DNA of 64,000 nucleotides from Macrostomum lignano (Eukaryota): NCBI GenBank assembly GCA_002269645.1, contig NIVC01001445.1, positions 186,001 to 250,000 of the forward strand, read 5' to 3'. Shown piece by piece: positions 49,430 to 64,000 of this stretch (position 1 is its first letter; each line of letters starts with the position of its first letter). The notes under the pieces were generated by a model. It saw only the letters and a program-made list of their open reading frames with translations, ran no database searches and was not told where the DNA came from. The position numbers and the translations under genes were made by a program.

Positions 49430-49612
49430 ATCCATCTTCTATTTTATTCTAAAATGTGCTTTAAGTATGAATTTACTTTAAGTTTTGTTTACCGCCTATC
49501 CTGACTATCAGATGTTCACAAGTTTTGTTTCACTATGAGTGAGTTCAGATTCAATCAAGCATGAAAAATAGTCCAAAAGGATTGGAGTTCAGTGGTTGAT
49601 TTCAACAGCTTG
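49430..49612 (+). mobile_element. 3' end of a related non-autonomous Helitron
   Basis: Aligns by eye with the reverse complement of 26343-26530 (ctatcct.acta, acaagt, catg.aaaat, ggattgga.ttc, tttcaacagCTTG|T). Confidence 0.65.
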
Positions 49613-51294
49613 TTTAAATGAAATCAGAGCTCAGATTAACTCTCGCATTGTCACAGAGCACAGCACCGTAAACCTGGGTAAAAGAAAGGTGGAGGCTAAT
49701 GTTTTCGTTTGGTTAATTTGACACGAAATAAAAAACTCAGAAACCGGTCCCTCTCCAGCACACTCCCTTCCCAAGACACCCCACTGGAGATGGCGCCCTT
49801 CCCAGGCACCCCACCGGAAATGGCGCCTTTCCCAAGACACCCCACTGAAGATGGCGCCCTTCCCAGGACACCCCACTGCAGATGGCGCCCTTCCCAGGAC
49901 ACTCACTGGAGATGGCGCCCTTCCCAGGACACCCCACTGGAGTTGGCGCCCTTCCCAGGACACCCCACTGGAGTTGGCGCCCTTCCCAGGACACTCACTG
50001 GAGATGGCGCCCTTCCCAGGACACTCACTGGAGATGGCGCCCTTCCCAGGACACTCACTGGAGATGGCGCCCTTCCCAAGACACCCCACTAAAGATGGCG
50101 CCCTTCCCAGGACACGCCACTGGAGAAGGCGCCCTTCCCAGGACACCCCACTGGAGATGGCGCCCTTCCCAGGACACCCCACTGGAGATGGCGCCCTTCC
50201 CAGGACACCCCACTAGATACTCGTAAGAGAGCGCCTGTCTGAACCGTTTCTGTGCTTATTGAGTGCGATTCGCACACCCAGAAATTGTCATTCATAACTT
50301 TTTTGGCCAAATACGCCAATCTTCACATTGGCTTGGTAAATTTGGATCAGACTCAGAAACCGGTTCCTAAAGTGCCGGGAACCGGGATGGGATAGAAGGT
50401 AGAAGGGGTAGTGTTTGGGATGGAAACAATAATTATGAAAATAGAGTTGGAGGGTTCAGCAATAAAAAAAGTTTCGTGACGGCAACTTTAATGACTCACC
50501 AGACCTGAATGCCGAGTTGGTCTAACGAGATTAATCCGCCTCGATTCGCTGTCGAAGAGTCGCAAAACTTGCCGAGACGCCGAGCCGCATTTATGGGGCC
50601 GCTGCCGAGCCAGGAATTTCCGAGTTTCCAAGTTTTTCGAATTCCTGGTTGCTGCAGCTGGAATTTGAGATAATTTTTATTCGATACAGCGGCATGGAAT
50701 TTAATTGAGAGATCGAACAACAGACCGAACATGTCATTTCAGTTTTAAGTTTAAAATTGAATTGCAATTAGTAAATCGGTATTTTTGTAAACTGAAATTC
50801 AAAAAGAATTTTGACTAATACAAAATCTAATCAGAAAACAAAAGTTTCAGAAACTTTAACTGCAAAAATGTAAATGCATTTCAAGTTGCTGAGTGCAGCT
50901 AATCGGAAAAAACATTTTTATTCAATTGTAATAAATGCACCAAATTTCTGAAGTGATTTTGTTTCATTGGTGCAAGTTCCATGTCAGTTAAACTGACTGC
51001 TTTCTGTATGAAATCATACAAGAAATTTGGGCTTTCTGTGCTCACTTTTTATCTGAGCAATGCCGCAGTGCGAGGCAAAGGGCCCGGGATGTCCGTCAGA
51101 CCGATGGGCAGCCATCCTGGCTGCAGGCCGGCTGCTGCCAGAAGCCGCGCCTGGTGTGGGCTGGAGATGCTGCTCGGTTCAGCTGAACTGTTTTCAATGA
51201 GCAGCGAATTGTGCTCACTTTTTTCAGAATCAATCCAGCCGGTCATCATCATGTATTAGCATGTATGAAATACTTCTATGAATTACTATGAAGT

Positions 51295-51690
51295 ACTTTT
51301 TCATGAAATAGCTTGTCATATGAAATAGCATATCATGAAATAGCATGTCATGAAATAGCATATCATGAAATAGCATGTCATGAAATACCAGTAGCATATC
51401 ATGAAATAGCATGTCATATGAAATAGCATATCATGAAATAGCATGTCATGAAATAGCATATCATGAAATAGCATGTCATGAAATACCAGTAGCATATCAT
51501 GAAATAGCATGTCATATGAAATAGCATATCATGAAATAGCATATCATGAAATAGCATGTCATATGAAATAGCATGTCATGAAATAGCATGTCATATGAAA
51601 TAGCATGTCATGAAATAGCATGTCATATGAAATAGCATGTCATGAAATAGCACGTCATGAAATAGCATGTCATGAAATAGCATGTCATGA
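51295..51690. repeat. 15/17 bp minisatellite (catgaaatagcatgt)
   Basis: Direct inspection. Confidence 0.93.
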
Positions 51691-52741
51691 AGAGGTGGGT
51701 GATGATGCGAACTCATAGAATCCCAGGCACTGAGTCGCGCCTCGTAACACCGCTGCTTATATGATCCGTGCTACAGAAATCCGATATCTTGAGAGCATAC
51801 TCGATGCACCGGCGATAGGACATACACGCGTTCCTTACCAGCCAGGGACTACTCATTACTCCATTCTCGGGACGGAAAACAACAAAACTTGGAGCCTTAT
51901 TAATTGGATATGTTTTTATGAGCGTACCGCGGACACAAACTCACTGACTACAACTACAAGGTAGAACCTATCGAATCATTGCTTTCGAGGACTCAGTTAT
52001 TAATAGACCGGCCTCCAAGTTATGTCGTTTTCCGTCCGGAGTATTAAGCAGTGCCTGTTACCGGCCTTCAGCTCATTTCTTAAGAAAGTTGGGTGCAGCC
52101 TCCTTCGACTACTTCAGTTGTTCATGTTCATCAGCCCTGTGGTGTCGGAAAATAGTTCAAAGTGGGGGGCATATAGGTTGGAGGGCTCTTACATTTTTGC
52201 AACCAAAGGGCAGCCCCAATCCCTGCGATAGTGCCGCCTGTCGCTGCGTGACAACCAGGCCAGCACTCACTTGAGTTCGAAGTGCTCAGATTTTAAGTGA
52301 TTTAAACACTGCGAAAAATTAGTGAGCTTAATCGGGCAAACGGCAACTTAAACCGAGGGACTCTGTGACATCCGCCAGCTTTTCGTTTTTCGAGGAGGCT
52401 CTTCCCCCTCCTTTTCGTTCTGGCCTGGCGTGGAAGCGGCTAGCTTCCTCGTCTTGGTCTGCTGGTGGGGGACGGATCCCCCTGCTGCTTTTTTGCGGGG
52501 CAGGTGGCTGCTAAGTAGTTGGCTGCTGGCTAAGCGCCAACTACCCATCGACAGCCCTTAGTTGCAACTGGTACCACACGGGTTCTCGAGGGCCGCTCTT
52601 GTGGGGGAGGGCTCGGGCGTCGGCTGTCAACTCGACCTGGCGCCTGTGTCCCAAGCCCGCAGCCGGCCTCCCGCCCCCTGATCTTGCAGAGTGTGGACCG
52701 GGGGCCTGCCGGAGCCTCGCCTGGGAGCAATCCTGGGATAA

Positions 52742-57618
<4,877 letters not shown>

Positions 57619-58769
57619 TCCTTGTGCTCTTTTACCTTGGGGTTGCGATAGGGGCCTCGCGGCCTATTCGCGGCGCCTGCGCCCCCCGTCAGTAGTAAGT
57701 AAGTAAGTAAGTAATCGATTCAATTCAATCAAGACGCAAGACAATAGGAAAGCAAGTTTATGATTTTAGTTCTCTAAATTCATTGCAGAAAAAGGATAAC
57801 TGAAGTAATAATTCCCCACGACCACTGCAACGGATCGTCAATTTGCGTGCAACTTGCTGCAAGTCCAAGTCGCCGCTGCACTTCTGGTGCGTATGCGAGA
57901 TCATTAATTGCTGTACGCATTACCGCCGCGAACCGTCCGGGTGTATAGTAGCTCTTCACATGCGGTTGTGCTGAAAATGACCTCGCAGCTGTAAGTTGCA
58001 ACTGCAGTAACCTGATTGCCTCACAGTGTGCTCTGTCTGACAAATTTAAGCTACAGGCACAGTTGAGCGTGCAGATTTTTTTGCATTAATGTCAAGCGGA
58101 TGATAAGCCATCAGCGACACAGGATTCGACATTGGTGGTCCTCCATTCGCAGCTCTAACAATAGTTTATCCAAGTTTCCTATTGTCAGAAAGCGTCTGAT
58201 AAGCTATCTTATTAAAACGGCATTTTAATTCTCCCATGACGGCATCCATTGCTGGGCAGTAATAAAATTCGTAGTAATCCTCCGGCTTTCACTGCCACAT
58301 GCTAATTCTGATTTTTCCACAGCCTGGAAGACCTGCCCAGACGGATCGGGCATGTCAGTAGCAGGGGGAATGCGCACACTGCAGCAGAGAAAGTCACGGA
58401 ATTATTACCGTAGGGCCTAATGAGAGAACATAGCCGCTGTTGTTTTAATGCATTGCATAGACTCTGCCGCGGGAATCTAAAACAGTATTGAGCCGCGGGT
58501 TATAAAGTAACTTTTTTATATAGTTTGAAAATTTAACTTCCACCTATTTTATTTGCCTCTTATCTGGTAGAAGTGGTAGAAGGGGTACCTCGAAAGGACA
58601 CGCCTCGAGAGCCGGCGCCCCTTCTCCTTTTTGAGTGCGATTTGCGCCCAGAAATTGTCATTTGCAACCAGAGTTTTGGTCCAAGTATGCGAATTTGGGT
58701 CTTGACATTTTTTAAACAAAGTCTTCTACGTGTAGTAAAGAAGAAGAACGTAGATGCGTCTGCTCTTTG

Positions 58770-59355
58770 GTTCCGTCAGCCAGCTTGCCAGCCTGATTCA
58801 GCCGTACATCGACACGCTGACCCGGTATCTCGAGAGCAACAATCTCCGTCTCTCTCCTTCCCAATCGTCTGCAACCATCTTCTCCAGCTCTACTAATGAA
58901 TTCTCTGCTCAAATGGCCCTTTCCGTCAATGGCACTAGCGTCAACTACACGACTTCTCCAAAGATCCTCGGGGTCACGCTCGATCCCTTGATGAAGGGGC
59001 ACCTTCACGCCAAAGCCACTGCTCAAAAGGTCTGGTCGGCCAACCACGTCCTCAGAGCCCTTAGTGGCAGCAGCTGGGGGCGGGACAAGGAAACGCTGAT
59101 CGTCACATACAAGCCTGTAGGCCTGTATTTCAACTACTGCGCCCCCAGTCTAGTCTACTTTGCTCAGCAGCAGCAGTTGGAAACTCCTTCAACTGCTCAA
59201 AATGTGGCCCTCAGAGCCAACACTGGGTGCCATAGCTGCGCACCAATTGGGTACCTGCACGAGAAAGCCTTTGACTGCCTTCATTGCGAACTACTGACAT
59301 GTCTCCGATTGACCTTTGGATTCGTCCCAATGACGTGATTGGTCTGCTTGGCATG
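58770..59355 (+). pseudogene. 5'-truncated, internally deleted I-group LINE RT C-terminus
   Basis: NNLRLSPSQS, PKILGVTLD, LRALSGSSWGRDKETL, NYCAP, QNVALR..TGC, then SPIDLWIRP. Confidence 0.8.
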
Positions 59356-62300
59356 CTGTTTCCAAGCCAGGGCAACGTTCTGGACCGCCATTACTACACA
59401 CACTTTTTCTGGATAGACAGAGTTGGGGTTGCTGGGCCGAAAACAGGAGCATCAATTTGGCTATGCGTCAATCAGTAGCCACGAGAGCAGTCATCTAATT
59501 CAGCCGCACCCAGCAGAGCTACAAATGCAAGTGTTGGGGTCTGTGGCTTCACCAATCACGCAGATTAAATAGCTCCGGTCATGATCGATTCTTCGAGAAG
59601 TTTTCTGCTGCTGTTGTGTCTGCTGACTGTCGCAATTCCACGTGCGGCCGTCCTCAATGTTGAGACATTGAGCTTCTGGCCTTCAATACGGCACTTTTTC
59701 CTCAGTCGGTCCGCCTACAGAGCCCAGCTCAACGGAATCTGACGCTGGCGTCAACACCACCACCGAAGACACCGAAGACATGTGGAACCAGCAGTCAACA
59801 GGGCAACCAGTCAGTCAGCAAATCTAGGACGCCGACGTCTACAGCCGCTCAAAGTGGTAAGACTTACGCGGATGGTGACGACGACACGGACGTCGACTGC
59901 ATAGATCCAAGAGCTTGGCGATGGTTCCCAACCTCCACGATTGGTGCCAAGCGGGCAGACTGGCGTGCCAGTCTGGCAAATAAGGAACCGGGGGGGCGGT
60001 GAGGCCCGCGGCCGTGATTTGAAAACCACGTCCCGCGGGCAAAACCGCACCCGGCAGAGTGACCACGGCATAACGAACCGTGGGACCTCTTTAAACAAAA
60101 CCATCGTGAATCACCGGAGAGAGCAGGCGAGAGAGACAAGATCGGCAATGCGAAGCGTAAGAGCTGGAGTAAGGGACTCCCGGTGAGCTATGCCGAAAGG
60201 CGACAAAAAGCGAGAAGAAGAAGAAGAAGAATAGATCCAAGGGCAGTAGAAAGACTGCAGAGAAGTCTGGCCTAGTCAGTAGTGAACACAAATTCTCTCA
60301 GCGGCTTAAGCATTCTGTCGATGCTCAGTGCACGGCAGAACTGTGACGCTGTGCAAAGAATCCGTTGACTGGAAAGGCTGATTCTACCACTTCTGGAAGG
60401 CATCAACACATCCTTGCGTACGTCATCTGCAGCATTGAAGTTTACAACAACCACGGACTTTGAGCCAATTGACTCCTGGGAGCGTTACATTCGCTTCATT
60501 TCATCAAGGCAGATTCAAAGCAGCTTGGTGAAGGATTAGAATAAGTAATAGTCTGATTTTTACGATATGAGGGTATGAGAGTATATGAGGAAGACAGGGA
60601 TGAGCCATGAACATATAGCTAATGTGATAAATAGTCTTTACAATCGGTCTCTAATTCCTTCCCAGAGGCCGAACGCCCTCTTCCAGGATGCTTTGTCTGG
60701 TTAATTGGAGCGGCCGAGGCGGTGTGCTGACACACTGCAAGGCGCAGCTTCCAGACTGCACCCTGACTGGAAAACAGTTGAGATTCGAGAACGCCGTGAA
60801 ATTATTTTTTGGTAAGTCAGCGAGTCACCCTACTAATTTCAGTAGGCACTACAGAGCGTAAGCAAAAAAATGTTGAAATACTTGAAATTCAGGCTAAAAA
60901 ATAAAAAAAAATCAACAAACGCTGTAAAAGACTTATTTCCGGCGGACCCAGTCACAAAGTCCATACAGTCCATAGTCGCATGGTACAATCTGTTGAAGGT
61001 GTCGACGGCGTTGGGATAATGACAGAATGCTTGAGACTAGCTGAGAATGTCCAGCAGTTGAGGCTTGCCCACTGTCGAGGCTTGATCGGCGAAACTAGAG
61101 AAATTGGGTGTTCATAGTCACCTAGTGCCACCAGCTGAAGGTTCAGAAGCTCTACCTGGGTAAAGGCCAATAATCAAAAAAGTCAAAGCTGATGCAGACA
61201 CATGTGGTCGACGTGCTGATGAAATTTGGAGACTTGGCAAGGCTGCACTGAGACGCAGTGCTGATTGGCGCACAGGGGTGTATTGAATACACTGGCGCTT
61301 ATGGGAATCTCGACGGTCCGGAGGGCTGGCGACGACTTTTGTTTGAGAAAATGCGCAACAAAAAGTTGGCCCGTTTTCTAAAATCTCGTGTGCCTGCGTT
61401 GCTCCGTTCTGGCGCAGCAAAGAAATTGTCAGGATAGTTCGACGGGAGGCAAATGGCTTGGTATTCCTACTAATAATACTAGCTCGTATTTACTGAACAG
61501 CTTGCTTGAACTAATTATACTAATTTCTGACAATTTTAATTCGTCTAAATTTTTGTCAGCTCCTGCGTACTTTTAAGATTTGTTGCCTACAGCCGTTACG
61601 TGTTAAATATTAATGCCATTTCTAATATCCAATTTTTTTAATTTAAATTTTCTTTATATCTTCTACGAGCTATCTAGCTCGATCTATACACGAAGAGCCG
61701 GCGACCGATAAGGTACGTATATTTGTACTATCGCAATAGTGCACTGAGTACGCTCTAGAGAACGCAGAGAAATGATTGAGGCTTCAGACGAATTCGGTTG
61801 AGAAAATCTGCGCTAAAGAATTTGACTTCTTAAAGCAACTTGCGGCTCTCAAGAGAGTGAGCTATGCACTTAAGTTGTAGTATTGTCTGGCTGACAGATG
61901 TAAATCAGTGTACGTGCGTTACGTGATAGTATAGAGCATGCACGTTCACAACATCGCTCGTTTGATTGGCGCATCTTGTACAATTTCATACAAGAACTCA
62001 TAATTGCACAAATGGAAAATTTTAAATTAAGAAATGTAGCGAAAATGATAAATTTTGTAGAAATTAATTTATTTTTCATTAGATGCACTCAGCCATTTGA
62101 AATTCTTTACATTATTCAGTTAAAATTTTGAAACTTTTCTTTGCTGATAGAGTTTTGTAAAAGTTGAAAAAGTTTTTTGAATTTCAGTCTACAAAAATAC
62201 CGATTTACTAATTGCAATTCAATTTTAAACTTAAAACTGAAATGACATGTTCGGTCTGTTGTTCGATCTCTCAATTAAATTCCATGCCGCTGTATCGAAT

Positions 62301-63289
62301 AAAAATTATCTCGAATTCCAGCCGCAGCAACCAGGAATTCGAAAAATTCGAAGATTCGAAACTTCCCGGCTCGGCAGCGGCCCCATAAATGCGGCTCGGC
62401 GTCTCGGCAAGATTTGCGACTCTTCGACAGCGAATCGAGGCGGATTAATCTCGTTAGACCAACTCGGCATTCAGGTCTGGTGAGTCATTAAAGTTGCCGT
62501 CACTAAACTTTTTTTATTGCTGAACCCTCCAACTCTATTTTCATAATTATTGTTTCCATCCCAAACACTACCCCTTCTACCTTCTATCCCATCCCGGTTC
62601 CCGGCACTTTAGGAACCGGTTCCTGAGTCTGATCCAAATTTACCAAGCCAATGTGAAGATTGGCGTATTTGGCCAAAAAAAGTTATGAATGACAATTTCT
62701 GGGTGTGCGAATCGCACTCAATAAGCACAGAAACGGTTCAGACAGGCGCTCTCTTACGAGTATCTAGTGGGGTGTCCTGGGAAGGGCGCCATCTCCAGTG
62801 GGGTGTCCTGGGAAGGGCGCCATCTCCAGTGGGGTGTCCTGGGAAGGGCGCCATCTCCAGTGGGGTGTCCTGTGAAGGGCGCCATCTCCAGTGAGGTGTC
62901 CTGGGAAGGGCGCCTTCTCCAGTGAGGTGTCCTAGGAAGGGCGCCATATTCAGTGGGGTGTCCTGGAAAGGACGCCATCTCCAGCTGGGTGTCTTGAGAA
63001 GGGCGCCATCTCCAGCTGGGTGTCTTGAGAAGGGCGCCATCTCCAGTTGGGTGTCCTGGGAAGGGCGCCATCTGCAGTTGGGTGTCCTGGGAAGGGCGCC
63101 ATCTGCAGTTGGGTGTCCTGGGAAGGGCGCCATCTGCAGTTGGGTGTCCTGGGAAGGGCGCCATCTGCAGTTGGGTGTCCTGGGAAGGGCGCCATCTGCA
63201 GTTGGGTGTCCTGGGAAGGGCGCCATCTGCAGTTGGGTGTCCTGGGAAGGGCGCCCTATCCAGTGGGATGTGCTGCGAAGGATTAAATT

Positions 63290-63650
63290 CGAGGGAAAAA
63301 GTATATTCTCCACTCGGAGAACAGAATCAAAAAGTTCTAAGATTGCGTGGTTATCGGGGAGGCAAAGGGTGGCAAAGCATGTGCGCCCCCTTGTCAGCTG
63401 GCTTCGCACACTGAAAATAGTGGGTAGTGAATTAAGTCCAGCTGAAAAAAACTTTCCGGATATTCGCTGCAGTGTCTGAAATTTATACCAAATTTGTTAT
63501 TTAATCCCCGGTAGCAAAGATGAAGAGGCCAGCTGCAGTTCCAACGCGTGAGCATGCAGCATATAGTTGGACATGTGAGAAGCAGGGTGACTTTATGTTG
63601 ATTCTGGCCGGCGACTTTTTCTTTAGCGACTGTCGTTGGGCTTTATATGT
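63290..63650 (-). mobile_element. Diverged Helitron fragment (helicase C-terminus and 3' UTR)
   Basis: 63480-63645 aligns with 27165-27340 (gatgaagag.ccagctg.agttccaacgcgtgagcatgca..catgtgagaagcagg). Confidence 0.8.
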
Positions 63651-64000
63651 GGTCTGAGCAAAGCAACCCTACAGATTGGATGGCACTAACGACAAAAGAT
63701 AGAAAGAAAGATTGGCGGGTAGTGAAGGGGAGAGAGGGAAGAGGCGAAAAAAAGGGAAAAGAAATGACGAGACAGAAGAAAGAGAAAAGGGAAGTGAGAG
63801 GTGAGAAAAGGGGGGAGAGAAGAGGTAGAAAGATAAGTGAGAAATGATATAGAGGGAGAGAAGAGAGAGGAAAGAAAAGAGAGAAGAGAAAAAAGAGGAG
63901 AGAAGATGGGAGAGAGAAGAGATAGATCAGTGAGAGATAAAGGGGAAGAAGGGAGAGAGGTGAGAAAGGAGAGGAGAGAAGAGGAGAGAAAACAGAGAGG

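Noticed and set aside
48087-50319. PPHPS/GEGWG/MAPFPG repeat ORFs (also 62685-63479)
   Set aside because: Translations of 15-bp and 31-bp tandem arrays.
51761-52020. Faint integrase-like peptide (IGHTRVPYQP)
   Set aside because: Too short and interrupted to support without a search.
57810-57980. Cys-rich peptide resembling a transposase CXC tail
   Set aside because: The Cys spacing does not fit convincingly, and there is no upstream catalytic domain.

Overview
Repeat-rich animal genomic DNA with GC-rich, Ala/Gln-rich exons, GT-AG introns and many (GACA)n and minisatellite arrays. The style suggests a free-living flatworm such as Macrostomum, but this is inference only. 1-17 kb: three co-oriented minus-strand genes, STUB1/CHIP, TOPORS-like (one frameshift) and CDK8; CDK8 carries a solo LTR in an intron and a tRNA-SINE just upstream. 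17-41 kb: transposon cluster with two ~3 kb TIR elements (TAGG.. ends, 7-bp TSDs, homologous unknown ORF), a full-length Helitron (intact 1641-aa RepHel), and relics of a Crypton-type tyrosine recombinase and a Tc1 DD34E transposase. 42-48 kb: disabled gene for a secreted MACPF + Cys-rich repeat + lectin-like protein, split by a young LTR element encoding Gag-protease-degenerate integrase but no RT/RNase H. 49.7-63.3 kb: ~1.3 kb inverted arms with 31-bp tandem arrays enclosing an LOA/R1-group LINE and LINE relics. No rRNA, true tRNA gene or CRISPR array was seen. All homology calls come from motif recognition by eye; no searches were run.
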